Part shown: one piece after another, positions 28,484 through 37,572 of the stretch
Layout: each line of letters opens with the position of its first letter
Numbering within the stretch: position 1 is the first letter of the stretch
Source: Spirochaetales bacterium
GTDB lineage: Bacteria > Spirochaetota > Spirochaetia > Sphaerochaetales > Sphaerochaetaceae
Direction: 5' to 3'
NCBI GenBank assembly: GCA_012838275.1
Contig: DUPO01000188.1
Location: forward strand, 7,623 to 71,622
Length of the DNA stretch: 64,000 nt
Position numbers and translations under genes: made by a program
Notes under the pieces: model-generated
Told to the model about the DNA's origin: nothing
The model's input: the letters and a program-made list of their open reading frames with translations, nothing else
Database searches by the model: none

Positions 28484-29668
28484 CTACTCAGCACCTCTGC
28501 CCTTTTCCTCTTCCAGGTTGGTAGCCTTGAATACCTGCTGGCCTTTTTTCTGCATCTTGAGGATGACCTTCTCAAGTTCCCTTCTCTTCTGGAAGGGATC
28601 TTCAAACAACTCCTCCTGTAGGGGCTTGTCCCCATCATAGAGCTGGTAGAGGCCAACTCCTATAAGCCTGACAGGCATGCCTTCATGCCACTTTTGGTAG
28701 AGCAGTTGTTTTGCATGGGAATACACTTGTTCTGCACTGTAGATATTGGATTTGGGGGTTATCTGGAGCGTATAGGTGGAGAAGTCCGGCTCCCTCAACT
28801 TGATCCCGATAGTCCTTCCTATCTGTTTCTCATCCAAAGCACGGAACATCACCTCATGGCTCATCTGCAAGAGATTCTGCTCCAACACAGCAGCTGTATG
28901 CACATCCTCAGGGAATGTGGTCTCTGTAGAGATCGAGTGGCTCTTTGCCTGGGCGGTGAAGATTCCAGGATCGATCCCCCTGCATGCATGATAGAGGAAG
29001 CTTCCCATGGAGTTTCCGAAGATTGCGTGTAAAGAGACAAGGGAGTACTGGCGCAGTTCAGCCGTGGTAGTGATATGCTTCCTGGCCAACAGTTCCTGGG
29101 TGACCTTGCCGACGCCCCAGAGTTTCTTCAACCCTACGGCGTCGATGAAATCCTCTTCCCTTCCCGGTGATACCCTGCAAAGCCCGTCGGGCTTGTCAAA
29201 GTCACTGGCCATCTTGGCGATGAAGTGTGAAGGGCCGATGCCTACCGATATCGTAAGCCCTGTCTCATCCTTGATTCTACTCTTCAGCATACGAGCCGCT
29301 TCCCTGGGGAGACCGTAGAGGCGACGGGTTCCTGTCATGTCTAGAAACGCCTCATCTATGGAGAGCTGCTGGACAGAGGGGCAGAAGGAGCGGCAGATAT
29401 CCATAACCGCCTTGCTGACCTGACTGTAGCGTTGCATGTTTGGTTTTACTACAAGGACAGTAGGGCAGAGCTGTAGTGCCCGGCTCATCGGCATGGCAGA
29501 GTGGAGGCCGAACTTGCGAGCTTCATAGGAAGCCGTTGCCACCACACTTCTTGGGCCCAAACCTCCGATCACCAGAGGTTTTCCTACAAGGGAGGGGTTG
29601 TCATGCTGTTCTATCGCAGCATAGAAGGCATCCATGTCCACATGAAAGATAACCTTTTCCATCTTCAT
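28484..29668 (-). CDS. dinB: DNA polymerase IV
   Basis: HVDMDAFYA, TASYEARKFG, SIDEAFLD, AKMASDFDKPDG. Confidence 0.95.
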   Translation of the reverse strand: MKMEKVIFHVDMDAFYAAIEQHDNPSLVGKPLVIGGLGPRSVVATASYEARKFGLHSAMPMSRALQLCPTVLVVKPNMQRYSQVSKAVMDICRSFCPSVQQLSIDEAFLDMTGTRRLYGLPREAARMLKSRIKDETGLTISVGIGPSHFIAKMASDFDKPDGLCRVSPGREEDFIDAVGLKKLWGVGKVTQELLARKHITTTAELRQYSLVSLHAIFGNSMGSFLYHACRGIDPGIFTAQAKSHSISTETTFPEDVHTAAVLEQNLLQMSHEVMFRALDEKQIGRTIGIKLREPDFSTYTLQITPKSNIYSAEQVYSHAKQLLYQKWHEGMPVRLIGVGLYQLYDGDKPLQEELFEDPFQKRRELEKVILKMQKKGQQVFKATNLEEEKGRGAE

Positions 29669-30834
29669 GCCTCCGGTGGTCGGTAGGTACGAAGCATCTC
29701 TTCCTTTTTACGTTTCACTGCATGGTCTATGAGTGTCTGCAGTACCTTTTCCATGGAAAATCCTGCATCTTTCATAAGAAGGGGGAAATGACTCTTATCC
29801 GTCATTCCCGGAGAGGTGTTTATCTCATTCAAATATATGTTTTCGCCAGCCACAAAGAAATCCATTCTGGCATACCCTTCGCCTCCGATAGCCCTGAAAG
29901 CTTGTACCGCATAGTGGCGGATCTGGTTTTCTATCGCTTGGGGGTAGGTAGAGGGGATCGTTAGATATGCGCTGTCAACTTGCGAGTATTTGTACTCATA
30001 ACTGAGGAAATGGTTGCTAGCCTTGCCGGGATCCACCACTAGGGCGGGACCCCCTACGACAATGTTCCCATCCTCTGTTTCAAGCAGGGCACACTCCAGT
30101 TCATCCATCTCTTCAATGAGGGTTTGCACTAATACTTGCCTGCTATGCTTCTTGGCTTTCTGGACAGCGTTTCTGAAGTTTTCCGTATTGGGAGCGCGAA
30201 GGGCAGTCACCCCAAGCGAGGAACCGCTGTCTTCAGGTTTGATAAAGAGAGAGGGACCTACCTGCCCTGTCAGTGTCTGACAGGCAGTTGTCCATCGGTC
30301 TGTTGTGATCGTAGCTGTGTGATTGTCTGTATTATCAGGTCTAAAAGAGATCCAAGAGGGAGCATCAAGCGCTCCTCCTTCCAGCCATTGCAAAGCTTGC
30401 CAGTCCAATACGATCGAGGGGACAGTAGGAATGCCTTCCAAGGCGAAGAGCTTTGAAGCCTTGTCCTTATGCATTCCTATCGCGCTGGAGAGAGTGTCGC
30501 ACCCGCATAGAGGGATGTTTGCCAGCATGCAAAGGCCTTGCAGGTTTCCATCCTCCCCTCCAAAGCCGTGGGTTACGGCAAAAGCCGCATCCAAGAGGAG
30601 TTTGTTCCCTCCGCAGTAGAGCCCATCCCCTGGGATTACCGATAGGGGATGGTCAGTTTGTATGGTTTCTTGTATCTCTTCACCCACCTGCAGGAACCAT
30701 CTCCCCTCCAAGCTAATGCCTATGAGGTGGATGGTATGCCCTAGGTTGCATAGTGGGGCATGGATGCCTTTGGCGCTGTTGATCGAGACCTGGTGCTCGC
30801 CTGACCGTCCTCCATACATAAGGGCTATGTTCAT
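29665..30834 (-). CDS. ddl: D-alanine--D-alanine ligase
   Basis: GGRSGEHQVS, HGFGGEDG, GSSLG, YEYKY, NEINTSPG. Confidence 0.92.
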   Translation of the reverse strand: MNIALMYGGRSGEHQVSINSAKGIHAPLCNLGHTIHLIGISLEGRWFLQVGEEIQETIQTDHPLSVIPGDGLYCGGNKLLLDAAFAVTHGFGGEDGNLQGLCMLANIPLCGCDTLSSAIGMHKDKASKLFALEGIPTVPSIVLDWQALQWLEGGALDAPSWISFRPDNTDNHTATITTDRWTTACQTLTGQVGPSLFIKPEDSGSSLGVTALRAPNTENFRNAVQKAKKHSRQVLVQTLIEEMDELECALLETEDGNIVVGGPALVVDPGKASNHFLSYEYKYSQVDSAYLTIPSTYPQAIENQIRHYAVQAFRAIGGEGYARMDFFVAGENIYLNEINTSPGMTDKSHFPLLMKDAGFSMEKVLQTLIDHAVKRKKEEMLRTYRPPEA

Positions 30835-32306
30835 AGTGCTTCCACCTTTTTGTTTTTCAGCATGGTGCGGACTGTCTCTTCCTCATTCCACGGACGTTTG
30901 CCTCCGCTGCCTTCTATGGTCGTCTCATGCCCTTTGCCCAGGAAGAGGAGGGTGTCCCCCGGCTTTGAAAGTTCAATGGCCCGTTGTATGGCAGCAGTAC
31001 GGTCGCCGATCTCCTCTATGATGCAGTTGGTGTTTTCCATTTGTGAACGGATATCCTTGCATATATTGGCATCGTCCTCGCCTCTGGGGTCCTCTTCAGT
31101 GAGAATGATCCGATCGGCATAGTGGGAAGCTATGCGCCCCATATGAGGGCGCTTTGAGGTGTCCCGTTCGCCTGCCGAACCGAAAAGAGCTATAAGATTC
31201 CCTCCCTTTGCGGTTTTTTTCATATGGGAAAAGAGCTGTTCATACGCATCTGCGGTATGTGCAAAGTCTATGATGACCCGCAGGGAGTGAGAATTGTCTA
31301 TGCTGATCATCCTCCCTGCTACAGTATCGAGGTTGGCGAGCAGGGGGAGCAGCTCTTCTGCCTCCACATCCAGGATCAGCGAAGCGGAGAACAGGGCGAG
31401 CATCGCATTGTTGGCGAGGCAAGGAAGGGCCAAGGGTGTAAAGATTGTCGTTTGCTTGTGCTGTATGTCAACCGTACCCAGGTCACTCTCCACTGTGGTG
31501 AAGGGAAGACTCTTTTCAAGGAGGTGGGCGTAGCTGAAAGGGGGAAGGGCATCCAAAAACTGTGTCTTGTAGGGATTCTGTCTGGTAGTAAGAAAGGTGC
31601 CACCGGCTCGCAGCGCCCTGACCAGGTTGCACTTTGCATCTACATATGCCTCCAGGCTCTTATGGAACTCCAGATGTTCGCTGCTGATGGTTGTTACCAG
31701 TGCCTGGGAGAATTCTATGGTTGCAAGCCGGTCATATTCCTTGCTCAGGGCATGACTTGTGCACTCCAGGATTACGTGGCTCAGGTTATTCTCCTTGCAC
31801 CGGGAGAGAAAAAAGTGCAACTGGTCAGCTTCCGGGGTACTTTGCCTATAGGGGGAGGGACGCTTTCCTCCTCCGTCATCCATGCTGACAGTACCCAGCA
31901 GGCCGACCTTGCACCCCTTGGCTTGCAATATCTGGTAGAGGTAGTCGCTTGTGGTGCTCTTGCCATCGGTGCCGGTGACGCCGATTATCTCCATGCTTCT
32001 GCTGGGCCAGCCATAGAAGGCTGCGCACATCTGGGAAAATAGGGTACGGGGCTTTTCGGTGACATAGTAGAGAATCTTTTCCTGTTTCTTTAGTACAGGG
32101 CGGGTGCTGAAAATACAGATAGCCCCTCGTGCGATCGCATCCTCAATATAGAGCTCCCCCTGCGTATGCATGCCTGGGAAGGCAAAGAAAACACTCGATT
32201 CAATGCACTCTTTGGAGTTATGGCAAATTTTTTTTATGACAGGTGTTTGAACAAGATGGGACTCTTCGATGCCTATAGCGTTCAACAGACCCAATAGCGT
32301 ATTCAT
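30831..32306 (-). CDS. murE: UDP-MurNAc-L-Ala-D-Glu--diamino acid ligase
   Basis: GVTGTDGKSTT, STPE, TSHAL, DFAHT, GERDTSKR, EDPR. Confidence 0.9.
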   Translation of the reverse strand: MNTLLGLLNAIGIEESHLVQTPVIKKICHNSKECIESSVFFAFPGMHTQGELYIEDAIARGAICIFSTRPVLKKQEKILYYVTEKPRTLFSQMCAAFYGWPSRSMEIIGVTGTDGKSTTSDYLYQILQAKGCKVGLLGTVSMDDGGGKRPSPYRQSTPEADQLHFFLSRCKENNLSHVILECTSHALSKEYDRLATIEFSQALVTTISSEHLEFHKSLEAYVDAKCNLVRALRAGGTFLTTRQNPYKTQFLDALPPFSYAHLLEKSLPFTTVESDLGTVDIQHKQTTIFTPLALPCLANNAMLALFSASLILDVEAEELLPLLANLDTVAGRMISIDNSHSLRVIIDFAHTADAYEQLFSHMKKTAKGGNLIALFGSAGERDTSKRPHMGRIASHYADRIILTEEDPRGEDDANICKDIRSQMENTNCIIEEIGDRTAAIQRAIELSKPGDTLLFLGKGHETTIEGSGGKRPWNEEETVRTMLKNKKVEAL

Positions 32307-32482
32307 GCTGATATCCTAACAGGGAAGGGGTGAGCTTGCAACTGCTAGTGGTGTTGTCAAAGGTTTTTTGGTATGCTGTTGGTAAGACCCTTGATCTCGT
32401 GCTATAAAGCAGTATCGAATATTTCCAGGGTGGGGTTTTTGAGGGCATGAGCCAGCTGAGATCACACCCTCAAGGCAGATGC

Positions 32483-33556
32483 ATGAAACGATTATTACTT
32501 GTACTTTTTTGTATGGCGATTTGCATCACCTCTCTGTTTGCCTATCCTCCCTTTGTCCAGACAGAGAGAGGTACGATAGCGATGGGCTCGGCTGGGGTTG
32601 CACTTTCCACATCCCCTTCATCGTTTTTAGCAAACCCTGCATTGCTCTTCATCAGGGAACGGGAGAAGAGCCTGTTTACCCTCAGCGGTAGTTACATCGA
32701 CTCGATACGACCCGCTTACTTTCAAAATAATTTACCCAATCCGCTGCTTCAGACACCTTTCACACATTTAAGTGTATCCTTCAGTGGTAACAATGCCGCC
32801 CTTACAATTCAAAATCAGGTTTCCCTCTACGATCGCAATGATGATAACGTCGGTTACACACGTTATCACGGTCTTACCCACACCCTTTTGCAGCTTGACT
32901 GGGCTACTGGCCGCTCTTTCTTCGCTTTCGGCTTGAATGTTAAGGCGCTTTCAGTATCAGAGCGGAATCCGCTGGATATAAGCCACGATCGGATCCTATC
33001 CGACTTTATTGTCCAAACCTCCTTGGGGCGGTATGAACCTCTGGAAAATGAGGCCTTCATCTCAGTAGGCATCGGACTCTTGCTTGACTATGACTGGTTC
33101 AAGATGGGGATCACCAGTGACACCTTTGCATTTGCCCTGGGCAACGAATCCCTGCAATTCAACGCAGATGAGATTTACAAGTCCCTTGACTGGGGCTTCT
33201 CATTCAGCACCCCCACCTATGACTCTAACAACCTGCTCCATCTTCTGAAGATCCAGGCGGTTTGGGACTTTGTCGATCTGGGATCGGAAGAGAGCAGGGA
33301 GATCAGGCTGGGCTTTGATGTGAAGCTGCAGCTTTTGCCAACCTGGTCAGTGAGCTTCAAAACCGGGTATAGGGAGAAGAAGTACCTCCCTAGTGACCTG
33401 TTACGGTTCAATTTCAACAATGGGACGCATACGCTAGGCCTCTCTGCCCAACTGGGAACCTTTACCCTCGATTTGGCTTTCGAGATTCCCATCAGTTGGT
33501 ACCTAGGGGATACGGATGCCGTCGAAGGGGTACTGGCACTCAGCTTCTCCATCTGA
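32483..33556 (+). CDS. Putative outer-membrane beta-barrel protein (FadL/PorV/UPF0164-like)
   Basis: Signal peptide, AMGSAGVA...LANPALL N-terminal motif, alternating beta-strand pattern, C-terminal LSFSI. Confidence 0.6.
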   Translation: MKRLLLVLFCMAICITSLFAYPPFVQTERGTIAMGSAGVALSTSPSSFLANPALLFIREREKSLFTLSGSYIDSIRPAYFQNNLPNPLLQTPFTHLSVSFSGNNAALTIQNQVSLYDRNDDNVGYTRYHGLTHTLLQLDWATGRSFFAFGLNVKALSVSERNPLDISHDRILSDFIVQTSLGRYEPLENEAFISVGIGLLLDYDWFKMGITSDTFAFALGNESLQFNADEIYKSLDWGFSFSTPTYDSNNLLHLLKIQAVWDFVDLGSEESREIRLGFDVKLQLLPTWSVSFKTGYREKKYLPSDLLRFNFNNGTHTLGLSAQLGTFTLDLAFEIPISWYLGDTDAVEGVLALSFSI

Positions 33557-33602
33557 TCGGGCTTCTTTTGCCTTTTGGGGACAAAACTGCAATTGGCCAT
33601 AC

Positions 33603-33631
33603 TTGACACTCCAAACGGTGAGCTATATAGT
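33603..33631 (+). promoter_or_regulatory. Sigma70 promoter of the Zn-finger ORF-murC operon
   Basis: TTGACA, 17 nt, TATAGT. Confidence 0.7.
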
Positions 33632-33669
33632 CAAACGGTAGATTGTTGTAACCGTAAGGAGTAAAGTAT

Positions 33670-33846
33670 ATGTCCAAAGCACATAGAGGTAGTGGTATCC
33701 GCGAGGAATTTAACCATGGACGGGGCACTTGCCCAGTCTGCAAGCGAACTCAAGTAAAGATTCTGTTTGAAGCCACTGTTGATGGCGAGAAGGCAAAAGT
33801 TTGCAAAGCATGCAATGCCAACATCAAGGCTGCTGCAGCAAAATAA
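33670..33846 (+). CDS. 58-aa basic Zn-ribbon protein (absent from the ORF track)
   Basis: MSKAHRGSGIREEFNHGRGTCPVCKRTQVKILFEATVDGEKAKVCKACNANIKAAAAK. AGGAG RBS, own promoter, two CxxC motifs. Confidence 0.85.
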   Translation: MSKAHRGSGIREEFNHGRGTCPVCKRTQVKILFEATVDGEKAKVCKACNANIKAAAAK

Positions 33847-33919
33847 GCATTACGAGTTTGAATGTGAGACTGTCCTTGTTGGCAGTCTTTTTTTTCCTTT
33901 TTTAGACAGAGGAGCCAGG

Positions 33920-35401
33920 GTGAATTTTTCAAGACGCAAGGTGTATCTTGTAGGCATAAAAGGGACAGGAATGGCTTCGTTGGCAATCCTGCTCAAAGCA
34001 TCTGGCGCCCTTGTTTCAGGTTGTGATGTAGCTGAAAAATTTGCCACTGATGAGCTCCTCGTTTCCCATGATATACCCTTGCAAGTGGGATTTTCCGCCT
34101 CACTCTTGAGCCGCGACATCGATATGGTGATCCATAGCACAGCTTATCAGCTTACAATTCCTATCCTTGCTGAGGCATCACGCTTGGGCCTGAGCATATA
34201 TTCCTACCCTCAATTCCTCGCGTATCTCTCCACGCAGAGCGACAGCTATGCTGTAGCTGGAACTCATGGAAAGACCTCGACAGTAGCCCTTGTATCCTAC
34301 CTGTTGTCCTCGGGGACACTTACAACCTTCCCGTTTTACAGTGTTTTCGGCTCCAGTGTTAAAGGTATTCCCATGCCCTTTTACCAAGGTAGCGACTCAG
34401 CTTTGTTTGAGGCTTGTGAATATCAGGACCATTTCCTTTCCTATCACCTGCGGGGGGCGCTGGTAACCAATGTAGAACACGACCATCCTGACTACTTTAG
34501 CTCTTTCCCCCAGGTACAGAGAAGCTTCGAAACGTTTGTGGACAATCTTGCTAGTGGGGGATTCCTTATCTGCTGCAGCGACAACCCCGGTTCGAAGAGC
34601 CTGGCATCCTATGCCAGACGCGAAAGGGCGGACCTGACTGTCATTACCTATGGATTTGATGACAACGGGCCTTTTCGCATCATGAAGAGAAGCTATGAGG
34701 ATATGTATACCCTCTCCTGCCTTGACGGGTCGGGCTTTGCTCTTCCCGTACAGGAGCGGGTGCTGGTGGCTAATCATATCGGATCGGTGGTCCTGGCGCT
34801 CTCCATGATTCTTGATAGGGAGAATCCTAAGCTGTATCTGGAAAGTGGAACGCTGATAACTTCTGAAATCATCCCAACCCTAGCGCTCATGCTCAGCAAG
34901 AAACTCTCCTCCTTTCCCGGTGTGGTGGGAAGGTGCGACCTGATGAAAGAGGAGGGAGGGGTGCTCTATTTCGATGACTATGCCCATCACCCTACTGAGA
35001 TAATCGCCACCTTGGCAGAGTTGCGCACCCGTTACCCGAACAGGCCCATCCTGGTGATGTTCACCCCCCATACATCAAGCAGGACCAAAACCTTTCTCAA
35101 GGAGTTTGTCACTGCCCTTGGCATGGCTGACCGCCTCATCGTACAGAGCTGCTACGGCTCTGCCAGAGGGGACAACAATTCGGATGAGGATATGGGCAAG
35201 GTGCTCGCCAAGGCCATGGCACAGAGGATCATGAGGACTAAACTCTGCCGTCTCCATGCCAGCGTATATGCCGCGGATGACGAAGAGGCTGTTGCAATCG
35301 CCAGCGGCTGGTTGCAACCCTATGATTTGTGCATTACGATGGGTGCTGGTAACAACCGAGCCCTCACCGAGCGGATAGCTCGTTCAAGAAGGAGTCTTTG
35401 A
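33920..35401 (+). CDS. murC: UDP-N-acetylmuramate--L-alanine ligase
   Basis: GIKGTGM, AGTHGKTST, EACEY, DHPDYF, DDYAHHPTEI. GTG start after AGGAG. Confidence 0.88.
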   Translation: MNFSRRKVYLVGIKGTGMASLAILLKASGALVSGCDVAEKFATDELLVSHDIPLQVGFSASLLSRDIDMVIHSTAYQLTIPILAEASRLGLSIYSYPQFLAYLSTQSDSYAVAGTHGKTSTVALVSYLLSSGTLTTFPFYSVFGSSVKGIPMPFYQGSDSALFEACEYQDHFLSYHLRGALVTNVEHDHPDYFSSFPQVQRSFETFVDNLASGGFLICCSDNPGSKSLASYARRERADLTVITYGFDDNGPFRIMKRSYEDMYTLSCLDGSGFALPVQERVLVANHIGSVVLALSMILDRENPKLYLESGTLITSEIIPTLALMLSKKLSSFPGVVGRCDLMKEEGGVLYFDDYAHHPTEIIATLAELRTRYPNRPILVMFTPHTSSRTKTFLKEFVTALGMADRLIVQSCYGSARGDNNSDEDMGKVLAKAMAQRIMRTKLCRLHASVYAADDEEAVAIASGWLQPYDLCITMGAGNNRALTERIARSRRSL

Positions 35402-36270
35402 TGAAAAGCATGACAGGGTATGGATCGGCAGAGGAGTTGAGCGAAGAGTTTCAGCTCTCCGTTGAATTGAAATCCTACAACAACAGGTATCTGGATATAA
35501 ATCACAATATCCCTTTCTTTCTCGCCCCCTTCGAGATCGAGATAGATGAAGAGATCAAGAAGGTTGCCAGCCGTGGGCATGTCGAGGTGAACATAAGGGT
35601 AAAGACCCTCTCTTCCGATATGGAGATAGTGGTGGACAAGCTCGCCGTCAAGCGCTATTCAGAGGCGTTTGCCCAGATAGCGGCTCTCAGTGGCAAAGCC
35701 CTCAAGCCCTCGCTCTCAGACTTCCTCGGCAGTGAAGGTGTGCTCACCAGCGTCAGGCCGGGTGACAGTGAAAAGTATCGCTCTTCGCTGTTTTCGACCC
35801 TTGCCGCCGCCTTGGTGCAGTTGGATCAGAGTAAGGTACGTGAAGGTGCCCATACGAAGGAAGACCTGAAGAGGATGGGAAAGATTGTTGCTGAGGGACA
35901 TGCTGTCATAGCAGAGCATGCTACCGAGCTTGAGGAGCTGGTCAAGACAAGCTTACGCGCTCGTTTCGACGAGATGCTTGCAGACCAGAACTATGATGAG
36001 AATAGGATTCTCTCCGAAATAGCTGTCATGTTGGTCAAATACTCAGTCAATGAGGAGATCAAGCGGCTGGCCGTCCATCTGAAGGAGTTCTTCAACCTCC
36101 TCGAACAGGATGAGCCTGTTGGCAAACGTCTGGATTTTCTCTGTCAGGAGATGCATAGGGAGATCAACACCATCGGCAGCAAAAGCCAGATGGTGGAGAT
36201 GAATCTTCAGGTTGTCCGAATGAAAGACGGCCTGGAAAATATACGCGAACAGATTCGCAACATTGAGTAG
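35401..36270 (+). CDS. yicC: YicC/YloC-family endoribonuclease
   Basis: MKSMTGYG, NNRYLD, GKRLDFLCQEMHREINTIGSK, REQIRNIE. Confidence 0.93.
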   Translation: MKSMTGYGSAEELSEEFQLSVELKSYNNRYLDINHNIPFFLAPFEIEIDEEIKKVASRGHVEVNIRVKTLSSDMEIVVDKLAVKRYSEAFAQIAALSGKALKPSLSDFLGSEGVLTSVRPGDSEKYRSSLFSTLAAALVQLDQSKVREGAHTKEDLKRMGKIVAEGHAVIAEHATELEELVKTSLRARFDEMLADQNYDENRILSEIAVMLVKYSVNEEIKRLAVHLKEFFNLLEQDEPVGKRLDFLCQEMHREINTIGSKSQMVEMNLQVVRMKDGLENIREQIRNIE

Positions 36271-36279
36271 GGGCATCGT

Positions 36280-36813
36280 GTGCGCATAGCTATAAGTGGT
36301 AAAAGTGGTTGTGGAAACACCACAGTAAGTAACATGGTTTCCGAAGCGTTGGGTTTTGTAATGATCAACTTCACCTTTCGCAGCCTTGCCCAGGAATATG
36401 GCATCGAATTTTGGGAATTTTGCAAGCTTGCGGAACAGAGTGATGACTACGACCTTGAGGTTGACCGCCGCCAGGTTGAGATGGCCCTAGCGGTAGAGGA
36501 CTGTGTTTTGGGAAGTCGTCTTGCCATCTGGATGCTCAAGGAGGCAGATCTGAAGATCTATCTTACAGCAACCACAGAGGAGCGGGCCAGGAGGGTCCTC
36601 AAGCGCGAAGGCGGAACCCTCGCCCAACGTTACGCAGAGACCACAAAACGTGACAAGAATGACAGTGCGCGCTATGAACGTCTCTATGGTATCAACAACA
36701 GCGACACATCCATAGCCGATATGGTCATCGACACCACAAACCTCCAACCCGATGAGGTGGCGGCCATGATAATCGCTGAAGCAAAGAAATTGCAACAAAA
36801 AGGAAATGCATGA
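36280..36813 (+). CDS. cmk: Short cytidylate kinase-like protein with atypical P-loop
   Basis: IAISGKSGCGNTT, DLEVDRRQ, GSRLAIW, DLKIYL, RYERLYGIN. Confidence 0.75.
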   Translation: MRIAISGKSGCGNTTVSNMVSEALGFVMINFTFRSLAQEYGIEFWEFCKLAEQSDDYDLEVDRRQVEMALAVEDCVLGSRLAIWMLKEADLKIYLTATTEERARRVLKREGGTLAQRYAETTKRDKNDSARYERLYGINNSDTSIADMVIDTTNLQPDEVAAMIIAEAKKLQQKGNA

Positions 36814-37298
36814 AAAAGCCGGTGGCAGTAGTTCTTGTATCCGTTTTTCTCCTTTTCTGCTTGCCAGCGGCACCCTATGTGGGAATCAGCCAGGGCCCGC
36901 TCTCCACTTCTGTGGAAGTGGGGTTCCTTACCCGTTCAATAGACCAGAACCTGGTGGTTTCACTGCCTCTGCTTGGAGCCTTGGATAGCGGGGATGACTG
37001 GTACCGCTACCCTGGACTGAGCATGAATATCCTCTACAAGGGAAGGCTCGGCAGTGTTGTGGCCGTAGGAGTCGGGCCTACACTGCGTATGGGTTGGGAG
37101 TATGGTGAGGCTATCAGTTTTCAGCCGGGCTTTGCCCTGCAACTCTCATTGGAGGCCGCAGGGATGATGGATATCCTGTTTTGCGAGCTGGCTTATATCC
37201 CAAAGGGATGGAAGCTGCTCCAAGGGACTCCTTCATCAGCGCTCATGGAAAAAAGTACGGGGCAATTTATCAGGTTCGGGTACAGGCATGCTTTTTGA
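36810..37298 (+). CDS. Hypothetical exported protein, possible small beta-barrel
   Basis: Signal peptide, amphipathic beta pattern, C-terminal FIRFGYRHAF. Overlaps cmk by 4 nt. Confidence 0.6.
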   Translation: MKKPVAVVLVSVFLLFCLPAAPYVGISQGPLSTSVEVGFLTRSIDQNLVVSLPLLGALDSGDDWYRYPGLSMNILYKGRLGSVVAVGVGPTLRMGWEYGEAISFQPGFALQLSLEAAGMMDILFCELAYIPKGWKLLQGTPSSALMEKSTGQFIRFGYRHAF

Positions 37299-37368
37299 GT
37301 GCTGTACATTCTTAGTGTAATTCATTATAGTAATAGAGTTGTATCATATAGTAGAAGGAGTATCGATA

Positions 37369-37572
37369 GTGAGCATCCCATTGGACACCCTTATTGATTA
37401 CGAAGGAAATATTTATGAGATTACTTGTGTGGCCATCAAAGAGGCTATCATTTTAAGTAATCCCGGTTGTGGTGGTCAGGAGATAGAGGAAAATAATGGC
37501 AAAATTGTCAGCGAAGTACTCAAGAGAGCCCTTAACGGTGAAATCCACTTCGAAGCCCCTGACCTGCTCTAA
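37369..37572 (+). CDS. rpoZ: RNA polymerase omega subunit (spirochaete type)
   Basis: PLDTLIDYEGNIYEITCVAIK...KIVSEVL. AAGGAG RBS, GTG start, located before miaA. Confidence 0.7.
   Translation: MSIPLDTLIDYEGNIYEITCVAIKEAIILSNPGCGGQEIEENNGKIVSEVLKRALNGEIHFEAPDLL

Noticed and set aside
32425-32480. TPP-riboswitch-like GCTGAGATCACACCC within a TTGAGGG/CCCTCAA stem
   Set aside because: The 3' half of the aptamer (GAACCTGA...TAAT...AGCG.AGG) is absent, and the downstream gene is not thiamine related.
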